NCBI GenBank assembly: GCA_030324005.1
Contig: JARDVH010000073.1
Location: 48,823,502-48,887,501 of the forward strand
Reading direction: 5' to 3'
DNA length: 64,000 nt
Origin: Negaprion brevirostris
Taxonomy: Eukaryota
Shown: positions 25,106 to 36,780 of the stretch, piece by piece
How positions within the stretch are numbered: position 1 is the first letter of the stretch
How the letters are laid out: the number at the start of each line of letters is the position of its first letter
Translations under genes and position numbers: made by a program
Notes under the pieces: generated by a model
Database searches by the model: none
What the model was told of the DNA's origin: nothing
What the model saw: only the letters and a program-made list of their open reading frames with translations

Positions 25106-26945
25106 GTATGTGAATTTGAGACCAGAAGTAGCCACACATGCTGTATTTTGTTGAAACAATAGTCAAAATTTTATTTCCATTCGGTAATAGTTAAAATAGT
25201 AGCTGTTTTGTTTTGTAATGTTGTGAAGGAATCAGATAACATGAGGAGCAGGAAACACTGACCTATCTGATGAAATGCAAGCAACATGGTATCTTCATGT
25301 TCCCTGCTTGTTTACATGATTTCTAACCACTCTATTGATTGGTTACATGCAGCAGTTTATTTAAACGTAGGACTTTCTCACTTCTAGTGATGCATTGGGC
25401 AGACAAAACATGTGGTTATGTCTGGTTTCATAGCAAGGTTTTCTGGAACAGGTGACTAGCTGCAACTTGAGTACTTCCACTCCACATCAAGTGTGACTGG
25501 CCTGTGCTTTTACCACTTCTATCGGTGTATTGGAAGGATTATATGTTGCTAATCAATCTGTTCATTGTATGATGAACACATCTTCCTTGACTATCAGTTC
25601 CTGGAGTGGCACTTGAACCCAGAGCCCTGACCCAGAGGAAGAGACTCTACCCACTGGGTCACAAGACCTCCTCCACACACTGGCACGAGGCTCAAATCAA
25701 TACTTGCGAGCACTGCTAACAGGGAAGACATGTTGTGGCTGGGGCGAGTGCTGAGTTCCCGTGTGAATTGATTCTAGCCGGCCGACTATGGAAGAGTGTG
25801 GACAACCAGGTTTCCCCGATGCTCCACTGGAAGTCGTGGTGGAGGAGAAGATGGAAACAAGGAGAAAAGTCCTATATCTGCAGGAGGCCCTCCAAGCATG
25901 AGGTGAAAAAGCAGTGGGAGCGAGTAGTGGCAGAAACCAATGCCAGAAGTCAAGCCAAGAGGACATGGGTGCAGTGTGGCAAGAAGTTTAATGAGCCCAC
26001 ATGAGTGGTCAAGGTCAGTGAATGCATCCTCAGAAGCCATATCCACTGCACCACTGGCCTCAGCTACTGCACAAGTCATCACACCCCAGCATTCACCTAC
26101 CAACAATCTCTATCAGGACTCGCATTGCACATGCTTCACCTCATTCTTATAACACTTTGTTGCAAAATTCACACCCTCATCTAACGGCTTACATACGCTA
26201 CCAGTCAGTCATCTATCACTGTCACATTTAGCCAAACATACTTCACCACACTCTCTGACACACACTTCTCTTTTGCTTGCAGAGGGTGCCATATGTCTAA
26301 AGGTAACAGGAACTACTGAGGAGGGGGAGATGTATCTGTTTGCTCTAACCCTCCAAAGTGGAAGCGAATTGGCCATTCTTGGAATGGCATTGCTAAGGCG
26401 TAGCCAGCAGAAAAGCTAAATCCATTGAAGGTGATAGTACTTACTTTTCTAATCCTCCTTCTCGCATCTCACAATCTCTTCTCGGTTACAGGTTGTAGTT
26501 GTTTTTCTCCTCATCCCTTTATCACAATATTATCCTTATGTATTTATATTTGAGTACCTATGAAGTACGACCTGATCAAGAAGATCACAAGAGTGTTGAT
26601 AAAGACACACTATCTCTTGATTATTAACACAATCCAAGTTGGACGGTGAAGAAGAAACTAGGACACAGAGCTTTTCTTTATAGAGAAAGTTTATTCACCC
26701 ATTCAGTCTCGCAGCTCTCCTCCCACACAATCCAGTGTTGCAGCTATCCCCTATTTATACATGCTTAATAAATACCCATCACCTTGACAGTGTAATTGGA
26801 CAAGGCATTGATTTTGATTTTGCACTCGCAGCCACCAGCTCAGACACCTACACTCTGTGTAAATTGGAGGAGAGATTAAAGGTGGGATCTCCACATGTTG
26901 AAATACATGTTGGGTTGCTGCAGCCAGGGGAAAGTGTCAGCTCTG

Positions 26946-26991
26946 TGAAGAGGGAGTTGCACATCCGTTGAAGAGGGAGTTGCACATCCGT
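26946..26991. repeat. Perfect 23-bp tandem duplication
   Basis: tgaagagggagttgcacatccgt occurs twice, followed by a partial tgcagagg. Confidence 0.95.
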
Positions 26992-27185
26992 TGCAGAGGT
27001 ATCAGCAGGACTGTGATATGACAGGCTACAGAAGACGTATGGATGTTCACAACAATAATGCTCAATGAATTGAGAAGCCTGTTCTCAACACTAAGGAACA
27101 CGAAGGAGTCTGGTACCAATTTGGCATGTGACTGTGCACACCGCTTGGACTGCATCCTTTCCAGCACAGCAGTGATGGCCAATTG

Positions 27186-27300
27186 AGGGTCCAGTTAGCT
27201 CAGTTGGCTGAGTGTGTGGAGCAGAGTAATGCCCACAGCATAGGTTCAATCCCTGTACTCACTGAGGTACTTCTTGGGGCCTACCTCTTCACATTGCCTC
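27186..27300 (+). mobile_element. tRNA-derived SINE head (same family as 53743-53930)
   Basis: gttagctcagttggctg (A box) and ggttcaatccc (B box). Confidence 0.65.
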
Positions 27301-28686
27301 ATATTAATATCATTTCACAAACCATGATTCAAAACACCTGATGGACAGCAGCAGGGAGGCAAAAGTGAAACATCCTGTACTGGTCGTTCACTGCAGGTAC
27401 CAGTCAATCCTCCCTCTCCCTGCAAAAGCTGTTGAGAGAGTTGGGGGCAACAGCACACATCCATGCTCCATTACAGTCAAATTCCTTTGTGAAGGTTGAG
27501 CTATAAAAAAGTGTGAAATAACTTGCAGTTTGGGCGTACTTGAACAAGGAGGAGTCTGCCATCAGTTGGGCAATTCCATGAACAAATTTGTGAACCTAAC
27601 CATGATGCAGTGTCTAACGGGTGATGTCCCAGCTTCCATTGCAGCACAGACAGCTTTCACCAAAAGCCAGTGGTGTGGTGGAACCTTGGCTCAGCTTGCT
27701 GCCAGCATGGCTGCAGATTCCAGTCCCCAAAGCAGTATGATTCTTTTTGTATGCATGATGCTCATGTGTGCGTGGATTACAAAACAGAGTCATGAGCCAT
27801 GTCATCAGTGGATATCACAGTGGATAAACCTTTTGGTTTATTTGAAAGACAGCTGACTGTGCCACTGTTTGTAGAAATAAGGCATTGTAACAGCAACAAA
27901 GTACTAGGCATGGATGAGCTGTCTATGGTCGCACACCAGTTGGACACTGCAGGAGTGGAAATCCTATCAGTTCATATATACAGTACAGTTGGTGTGCTGC
28001 AAAGCAATGTACATACAGCAACTGGCACTCTGTACCACAAGGAATCCAAGCAAACCCTTCTGCTCCCTCCCTTGTCTCTGGCAAGATAGGATAAGATTAA
28101 GTTACCTCTCTTTGGATAGGCAGACTCAGTGAGACTCTTAAACATTTGAAATAACTAATTGTAGCAACCAGCATAAGAAAATAATAGGTAAGTAATTGAT
28201 GATCTCTTTACATAGGGTCAGTGGCTTTCCTGCTTGCTTGTTCAACCATGTGAGTCTAAGAAGGCAGTGGTTGGAATATAGAGCAGTGAAATGGCAGCAA
28301 CTGGTGACAAATCACTGTTGAATGACAATTATAATGATTTAGTTGCTCTGCATATTTCCGGCAGTTGTTCACTATGTAAATGCTGACATTTATCTCGCAA
28401 TTCAGCACGTGTGCTCTGGATGATAACTCCAAGATCACTTGTAACATTTTATCAGGCCATTCTAATGAATGACTGGTTACAGAGCAGGCCCTCCAAGATC
28501 GTAGCCATTCTGTCTTAAAACTCCAGTAATTCTTTCTAATATGGAAGATTTTTTGAGGGACCAGCCAACATTTAACCACACTGCAATCACATGATTATCA
28601 TAGAAATTGCCAAAATTAATTGTTTAAACATTTCACTGGAATAATAGAACTCACCTGAATAATGGCATTTCCTAATACCGATAATC

Positions 28687-28804
28687 GACTGAATTCTCCA
28701 ATCTCGCCTGCAGCTGAGATTCTCCAGAGAATCTCAGAGATTTAGCTGAGCTTCGAATTCTCCATTTTCGCTGGCAACAGCGGCGGAGCATGAGAATTCC
28801 AGCC
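28687..28804. mobile_element. Short MITE, same family as 44923-45053
   Basis: gaattctcca..gctgagattctcc..gagatttagctgagc..gagaattccagcc. Confidence 0.65.
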
Positions 28805-28869
28805 AGCATCTGGAAAGTGGGATGGAATGTCCTGAGCATGTGATAATTCTCTAAATAAGTACAAGTACC

Positions 28870-28870
<1 letters not shown>

Positions 28871-28900
<30 letters not shown>
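28871..28900. repeat. (TC)15 microsatellite
   Basis: Direct reading. Confidence 0.95.
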
Positions 28901-28903
<3 letters not shown>

Positions 28904-29184
28904 GTATGCTATTACCTGTAATGAATTGAATGCAAGAGAGTCCATAGTTTATTCCAATGATTTAAGTGCACCAGCTCTCCCCCAAACCACTAAGAAAACT
29001 AATGCATTGAGTTCAATCACTCATAAAATGGAAAACACATATGAGAAACGTTGGAAGAATAATGATACAAGTTTCTGCAATAAACAAATACGAAAGGATA
29101 TTTGCAAGATCGTTGCTTCCCACAGCCCATGTTAGAAAGCTCAACAAGCAAAGGTGATTATTGATTTTTTTTTTTTAAAAGGAA

Positions 29185-29415
29185 TTCCTTAATGAGATGT
29201 GGACATCGCTGGCAAGGCCAGCATTTGTTGCCCATCCCTAATTGTCGTTAGTGATGGGTTGCCGCCTTCATCTTCAGTGGTCCATGTGGTGTAGCTACAC
29301 CCATAGGGCTGTTAAGGTGGGTGTTCCAGGATTTTGACCCAGCAACGGTGAAGAAACAGTGGTTCAGTTCCAAGTAAGGAGACTGTGTGGCTTGGAGGAG
29401 AAATTACAGTTCGTG
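29185..29415 (-). mobile_element. CR1/L2-group LINE 3' end fragment
   Basis: gatgtggacatcgctggcaaggccagcatttgttgcccatccctaattg..gttccaggattttgacccagc. Confidence 0.75.
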
Positions 29416-30029
29416 GGAACTAGGACAGAGGAACTGCAGCAATGACATCCTGGGACTTCCATGCAGATACATAACAATTCACTGGCCATGTTTGCAAACC
29501 TATTCTTAAAAGGGATATAGTCTGTCTCCATATCATTTGAAGTGAGCTAAATTCACCTGCGATAAAAATCTGTCAATTGGGCCAACTTCTTATTTAATTT
29601 GTGCTGTGTGATCAGATCACATGATGAACTCCAGCATCACTAATTCGTATAGAGATTGCACTGAAGGCACAGTCTGCCATCTATCTGAATCAGTTCCAAC
29701 TTCCTGCAGTTGCTGTCATTTCATCCATCACAAATCAGACCGTGCAAATGAAGTGCAGTTGCCATTATAACTGCATGCCGAANNNNNNNNNNNNNNNNNN
29801 NNNNNNNNNNNNNNNNNNNNNNNNNNNNNNNNNNNNNNNNNNNNNNNNNNNNNNNNNNNNNNNNNNNNNNNNNNNNNNNNNNTTATAACTGCATGCCGAA
29901 CCCAGCAACATACAACACTAATTAATTTAGTTCATAATAGAAGAATATATTGCATAGTTGCATGCATTGTGTGTGATCTTATCACTGCAGAATTGGTACA
30001 TTGTTATTCTGCCTGTGAGTTGAAGCACA

Positions 30030-30362
30030 CTCAAGTGTGGTACTGAAGGCGCACTGCACTGTTCGATGTGCTGAATTTCGGATGAGTCTTTAAGCCAAGA
30101 CTTTGTGTGCCCACTTAGATGGATGCGAAAGATCCCANNNNNNNNNNAGAGTTAGCCCCAGTGTCCTGGCGAATATTTATCCTACAACCAACATCACAAA
30201 AACAGTTTATCTGGGAATTAACACATTTGTGTTTGTAGGAGCTTGGTGTTGGCTGCCACATTTTCTACATTACAACAATGACTACACACTTCATTGGCTG
30301 TAAAGCACTTTGAAACATCCAGAGGCCATGAAAAGCACTATGTAAGCTCAAGTCTTTTTATT
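30030..30362 (+). mobile_element. DeuSINE-like element, copy A
   Basis: Deu-domain-like gcactgcactgttcgatgtgc..tttcggatgag and tail cattggctgtaaagcactttg..gaaaagcactatgtaa. Confidence 0.7.
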
Positions 30363-30364
30363 TA

Positions 30365-30712
30365 TAATCCAGGCTGCCATTCCAGTGCAGCACTGGAAGA
30401 GAGCGCTGCTCTGTCAGAGGGTGCCACCTTTCGGATGAGATGTTTAACGAAGGCTCCATCTGCCCTCTCGGGTAGATATAAAAATTCCAATAGGGCTATT
30501 TCAAAAGGAGCAGCTCTCTCCAGTGTTCTGGTATACTGATCCCTTACCAACCCTTAAACCAGACCATCTGATTGTTTATATGATTGCTGATTGTAGGAGC
30601 TTACTGTATGCGAATTGTCGCCACATTTCCTGCATTATAACAGTGACAACACATCATTCATTGTAAAGCCCTTTGGATGTGAAAGATGCTATATAAATGC
30701 AAGGTTTTTTTT
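30365..30712 (+). mobile_element. DeuSINE-like element, copy B, abutting the last coding exon
   Basis: gcgctgctctgtcagagggtgccacctttcggatgagatgtttaac..tgtaaagccctttgg..gaaagatgctatataaatgcaagg(t)n. Confidence 0.75.
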
Positions 30713-30722
30713 CTATTTAAAG

Positions 30723-30812
30723 GATGGCACAAAGATATATGGACGATGTGGCGGCTATTGTGGAAAATGTGTTCCTCAAACGAGCGCTGGCCTTCTAATG
30801 CAAGTGCAGTAA
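30723..30812 (+). CDS. adamts20: ADAMTS20-like last coding exon (end of GON domain, stop TAA)
   Basis: tatttaaag|GATGGC; DGTKIYGRCGGYCGKCVPQTSAGLLMQVQ*. The CGGYCGKC motif marks the GON C-terminus of ADAMTS9/20. Confidence 0.95.
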   Translation, partial: DGTKIYGRCGGYCGKCVPQTSAGLLMQVQ

Positions 30813-32329
30813 AGACTCTGGTATGACATGAAGTATGCAGTTCAAGNNNNNNNNNNNNNNNNNNNNNNNNNNNNNNNNNNNNNNNNNNNNNNNNNNNNNN
30901 NNNNNNNNNNNNNNNNNNNNNNNNNNNNNNNNNNNNNNNNNNNNNNAACAATGAAACCACCCTGTGGAATGGGACTTAACTGGAGACAGTTTCTAACAAT
31001 GAAGATAATGGCCAGGGTCTCTGGGAATAATGCTCATTCTCTTATCAATGGCAGCTAATGTCAGAGTGCAACAGTTGTTTTGTAACTTCATTCACTTGCA
31101 ATTTCCATTTAATGTTAAAGTCTAGGACAGACAGGTTAAACACCAAGGAATGGCCCAGATTATTTTTATATCCCCAGTGTACATGTTGTATGAAGAATGC
31201 TAATACCATAGCTTCAATCAAGAGTCAAACTCAGACCATGCTTAAAATCTTGCAATGGTTGTTTGGGCAGATTCACTTATCCAGTTCCTTTCAATGTTCT
31301 TGAACATCATCCCCTCCCTGTTGGTTCTGAAACCATTGCAGAAATAGAACAGGCAGAATATCAACATTAGTGGCAATGTCACATCACCATTTAGAAAATA
31401 TATTTTTGAAAAAGAGAAACGAAGGCAATGGTAGTGTTGAGCTTTCTACTCAATTTCCTGAGCTCTGATAAACATTATTAATCATAATGTTCAAACAACA
31501 AGTTACGAATAAGTATTTCTTACTAAATTTAAGTACTGAATAGTTCAACAAATAGCGCATGATATGGATGCGTTACTGGTGCTTATGTTAAAGTCATGCA
31601 TGAACTCAGTCACTGCCATTTCTGCCTTAAGGGACAGATTTTTTTTGTCTTTTTGCTTAAAGCAGAGACCTGTGACATATGATGTCCCAGTTACATTGCT
31701 ACACGTGTAACAGCTTTCACTTTTTTGAGAGCTGTGCATGTTTTGCTCTGTTAATGTGAAATGAGCAAAGCTATGCTTTTCACTCATATATGAAGTACAT
31801 GTAGCTCTGCTCACCAGCCTGAGTACCAGCTCAATTTGTTTAAAAACACTAAGTGTCAATGCAGTGAAGTAGATCACTTGAACACTTGCTTACTGCAGAA
31901 AAGCTGGCTCAATATGAACTTAACTTTTCACTGCTGTGGAAGTTGGCATTTCTAAGCTGGGCATACAGCATCGGAGGCAGACCTTGTTGCACCATCCCCA
32001 AATGTAACTGCGATGTTACCACGTTCCTTGTTGCTGTGTGAAAGTACTTCATGTGAGGGAGCCAGGTTACTTTTATTTTGCCAGTTATGTTCAAATCAGT
32101 TCTGACGTTTGCCAAAACTACATTAATCCCAAGCAAAAATTCCTCCTGTAGGTGGAAGGAGACAGAGAATGATGTATTCCAAACTCTTTGTGGCACAGAA
32201 ACAGGCCATTCAGCTGAACAAGTCCATTCATGCTGGTGTTATGCTGTGTAGGACCTCTACCACTATTCTTCTTCTAACCCCCTCACGTAATTGTGTGTGG
32301 CAAGGGATCTCTTTTTGTTCCCTTCGTAG

Positions 32330-35300
32330 GTGAAATGAGATTCCTTCTTCAGTGGCAGTCCTGATTGCTTCAGTTGGAGGGAGGGTGCAATAGAACCAGA
32401 GTGCTAGTTTCTCCTAACAATCTCATGTGAAAAAATGGTGATATAACTGCACTGATGCACAGAGAGATAAAACTTCAATCTGCTCTTTTGTAGCTTAGAA
32501 TGCCAAATGCAAAGTAGTTTTAGACTGTTATCTCTGGGAGTTTCATTCGTGTTTATTAATAACTATTTTGCAGAGAAGAACTTTCTATCTTTTAATCACA
32601 ACTCGGGTGTCAAGAGACTTAAAAAGACTAACCTTATTAACACTGGCATTTAAATGCACAAAAAGTAACATTGAACACATTTTCAACTTTAAGAGTTAAT
32701 AGAACCCTTGGCATAATCTGAAATTGTCCTTTTATAAGTTAAAACAATATTATTTTACTGTTAAGAGACAAAGCTGGACAAAACCCACGTTCTTCTTTTA
32801 CGACCAAAATGACTGATGTTGCACTACTGGACATGGTCCACGGTTTGCATAACACCAAAGCATTTAGAAATTCTTCATGCCAAAATAGTATTTAACTCCT
32901 CCAGTTAAATAGAATAGTTACAGGCAGAATGCCAAAGCAATCAGAGTCTGTAGTGAACACTGGCCTGAGTGAAAAAGCTACCTCTCTTAGCAAAAGTTGT
33001 ATATAAGAAGAGATATATTTTATTATGTTGGAAAATATTTATGCACTGTCCTATTTATTACCTGATATTTTTGTACATATGCATTTAACTACTAAAATTG
33101 TGTTAGTTATCAAATATTGCTCTGTCTGTCACCATTGCTTATTCTATAAGTTATTAGATATTTGTATGCAAGGTTTAAAGAGGAGGGATGTGGCATTGTC
33201 ACCATTTTGTGGATGACCATTGAATAAGACAGTTCTAAAGAACATCCTATGACATGCTGAGCTGTCACAATTATAAGTAGGCAACACAGTGACATTTTTC
33301 AATATAAATAACACACTGTGTGGAATGTTTACATAAAAGCTTTGCAAATTAATTTTCAAGGGCAGTACTACCCTTTAACAAAAACATATAAACTGAACTG
33401 TTCAGAATAATTAGGTGCTATTAGTGATGCTGCCTACAGATAAGTGCAGCTTTATTCACATTGGCTTTAAGTGTTTGTAAACTACATCAGCCTTATGAAT
33501 CTACCGCAAAATGCTGAAAAAGACAATATTCCTTCTAATATAATCGAGTTGGTGCAAGACTGAAATGATCAAAGACAGATCAGTAAAACATGTCTTCCCA
33601 GTTTTCATTGAGAGATTCTATGGTGATTTTCACATTGATTCTGAAATTAAATAAAATCTATGATGAAATTTGATACAAAGACACCATTATCAAGCAGGAT
33701 ATCGCAACCTTCTAACCTCATGGCTTTAAAGCAGTATAACATTGATATTGGTCCAGTATAGCCTGGATTTGGAACATTAAGTAATTCCCGTGCATTGACA
33801 TCCATTTCTGCGAGACCACTGCACAGAGGTGCAGTGCGGTTTTTGAAGTTTTCCAATGGTCAGATTCAAACCTTATCCCAATACTAAAACAATAATTTAT
33901 TTTCTAGGACTATACTTCCATTTTAGCAGAATAAATGGCCAGTGAATTTTTTAATGGTTCATCCTTCTTGCTGGGGCATGGATACCCCAAGGTCCACACT
34001 TGTATCAACAGGGTTATAAAAAACAAAACTCATTATGTCCTCATCATAAGAGCTGTGTGTTCATCTCAGCAAAGGTCAGTTAATAGTAATCAGGAGCAGG
34101 AACTAACCTAATCGTAACACCCCAATGACCGCCTCAGCTGTAATTGACAATGTAAGCCTTGGTTTTACTGAGTTAATTGGGAGACACATTGAACTTTAGT
34201 CTGTACCTGATGTATATTCAATAGAAATGCAGTATTGGTTTTGGTCCCGAAAGCTGCAAAGTTTTGAGCAAAATAGGGCAACAAAGGACTTGTTTTACTC
34301 TTCAAACCTCATTCTTTATTTTATGTTGATGAACTGATGGCTAATGATGACCTCTGTCTGACCTTTGATGGTCATAAAGACTGTAATCAAACAGGCCAAT
34401 AATCTATTTGAAAAAAATCTACAGTAACACAGATTCAACATGACAGATAACCATGACAGTTAGCTGTGTTAACAGCTCAGGTTTAGAACAATTTTTTAAA
34501 TAAGGGTTTTGTGTTTATATAACATTCATCCCACTTTAGGTGCTCATGGCAAGATAGCAGAGTATTATCATCCAGACAAATTAATAAAATGAGGCTGTTA
34601 TCCAGAATTGATTTGGAAATGCCTTTTTTATGGTGCTCAATTGTGAAAAATACTCAGCTTCTGCACGGCACTTTTGGACACAGCTTAGAAGGCACTTGAA
34701 GATTATGCAAGCCATGCATGGCAATTCTCAGTTAGTTATTTCAATTGGGCTGAAACCCTGTTTACTTTAAATGAATTCATATGCTTCACTTAAATAGCAG
34801 ATAGTAAACAGGTATTAGCTATAGAAAAGTATTAAGCATTTGACCATTGGTACGCCAATAGTAAGTTGGATGGTTTTCAGGTACAATGTAAATTTGACAG
34901 GGTTTTTTATATATAAAACTGGAAAAGGAAGGAGATGAATCGCTTAAAATTCTGTTACAGTAATTTAACCAAACAGTACCCTTTTGGAGTAGAAACTTAT
35001 ACACAAAAATCACCATCATTGCCAATGGAGTTCAAGCTTTAACTGGATATTCAATGGTAGCAGAGTCTGTTCCCCAGATCATTAACATACCTAATTCTGA
35101 AGTAGATTAACCTTCTATTAACCAAAAATATATATGTGAGAGAAAAATAAAAGTTCAGGCTTGATTTTCTCAAATTACTCAATTCTAATTATGTTTTCAG
35201 TACTTATCAGATTTATTTTCTTGCCATCTACTTTTAATCACTCTATTGGATGTCTAGTTTGTCATGAATTCAGGCGTCTGTCCTGAAAAAAGCATTTGAA

Positions 35301-35995
35301 AATATTTCTGCTGAATTTAGAATAATTCTTCAGATTTCTTCACCTAATGATATTGACAGCTTTCCAGCACCCATGCCAGTTTTTGGTTCAATTATATGTG
35401 AACCAACTCCAACAAAATCCATAGGTAACCAATTGAATATAAACACAAGTTGTAAAGAAAGAAAAGCTTCTCTTTAAAACGAGGCATTTTAGAACCATGA
35501 AGCAAGTTACTAATTGGGCTCAGCACAATTATTTGATACAAAAATCTAACAATAAGGACAGTATCAGGAACAAAAGTACATTTTGCACTAGGTGCCATTA
35601 ATTTAGTTGTAAAACTATCCTGTGTACTATTCTTAATTCATACTTTTTTACATACATTTGTCAATAAGTTGTACATTTATGTGTTTATGACAGGTACTTG
35701 AAACTTTGTAGCATGATTTTAGCATTTGTTTTCATTAATTCCATATTACTGAACAAACTAAGAGAGGAATTGCAAAGCTTTGAGCTTGTGCTGCTGCAGT
35801 CTCCAAAGAATTATATGGAGTGTATCTGTAACAAAAAAAATCTTGTTACGAATAAACAGCTATTAAATAGGTTTGGTGCTATAACTGCATATCTACTGTA
35901 ATGCTTCATTGTTTATCTTATGTTGCATTGATTCAAGTCATAATTATGACTTTAAAACTGCAATATCCCCAAAATAAAATTGTTTTATTTAGTAT
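32330..35995 (+). other. adamts20: Putative terminal non-coding exon (3'UTR) of the ADAMTS20-like gene
   Basis: Acceptor ctctttttgttcccttcgtag|G at 32329. The stretch is AT-rich and nearly repeat-free, with several AATAAA, Pumilio motifs and miR-29 seed matches. Confidence 0.6.
35973..35978 (+). terminator. Polyadenylation signal AATAAA with downstream U/GU-rich element
   Basis: AATAAA is followed about 25-50 nt later by ttgttattttgtcttttggtgtt, and repeats resume straight after. Alternative AATAAA sites lie at 33930, 34583, 35146 and 35851. Confidence 0.6.
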
Positions 35996-36047
35996 AAGTT
36001 TCTCTTGTTATTTTGTCTTTTGGTGTTCTCAGCTATCACACAACTAT

Positions 36048-36194
36048 GATGTGCAAGTTTGGTGGGTTGATTGTGGTAAATACATGGGGTTATGGGATAA
36101 GACGGGGCTGGGCCTGGGAAAGATGCTCTTTTGGAGAGTGGATGCAGTCTTGTTGGGCCAAATGGTCTCCTTCTGCACTGCAGAAATTCTATGG
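36048..36194 (+). mobile_element. HE1-type SINE 3' part
   Basis: gatgtgcaagtttggtggg..gggccaaatggtctccttctgcactgcagaaattctatg. Confidence 0.75.
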
Positions 36195-36399
36195 TTAACT
36201 ACATCAAGTTCTACACTTGATATTATTTTGCTTCAGAGAAAACAAATTAGGTGTTTAATGGAACATGTTCCAGTACAATAATAGTTTACAGTCCACAAAC
36301 AAAATAGGACCACTTTGGAGAATCGCCATATTGCTGTGTTCTGTCACCTTGTGGCAAGCATGCACTTGCTGCTTACTCTTCCTCCAATCAACGCTCTCT

Positions 36400-36780
36400 C
36401 CACTCATTATCTAACACTCTCAACTGTTCTAGACTATCCAACTCCAACAACACTTAAGAAGCTGGACACCTATACAGGACAAAGCAGTCTATTTGATTAA
36501 CACCCCAACCACCACCTTCCACATTCACTCTCTGCCCACCAACAAACAGTGGCAGCACTGTGTATCATTTACAGGATGTACAGCAGCAACTCACCAAGGA
36601 TCCTTAAACAACTCCTTTCAAACCCACAATCTCTATACCTAGAAGGGCAGTAGAAACATCAGAACACCATCATCTTTTATTCCCCACCAAACGATATGCA
36701 ATCCTGACTTGAAATTATATCACTGTTCCTTCACATCGCTGGGTGAAAATCTCTTCCTCAGAGCATTGTGGGTGTACTTA
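36400..36780 (+). mobile_element. CR1/L2-group LINE 3' fragment
   Basis: actccaacaacacttaagaagctggacacc..caggacaaagcag (PTTLKKLD); same family as 59770-61190 in the opposite orientation. Confidence 0.7.

Larger units (their letters stand above)
25740..27720 (+). mobile_element. Decayed Harbinger Myb/SANT-like gene relic, interrupted by a SINE
   Basis: Frameshifted PGFPDAPLEVVVEE..RRKVL / KQWERVVAETNARSQAKRTWVQCGKKFNE, a donor-like caag|gtcagt, an acceptor ttgcttgcag near 26282, and further remnants (LAATSSDT; LTMMQCLTGDVPASIAAQ). Confidence 0.6.

Noticed and set aside
26946-26999. CRISPR-like direct repeat
   Set aside because: Only two adjacent units, no spacers, no cas genes, and a vertebrate context.
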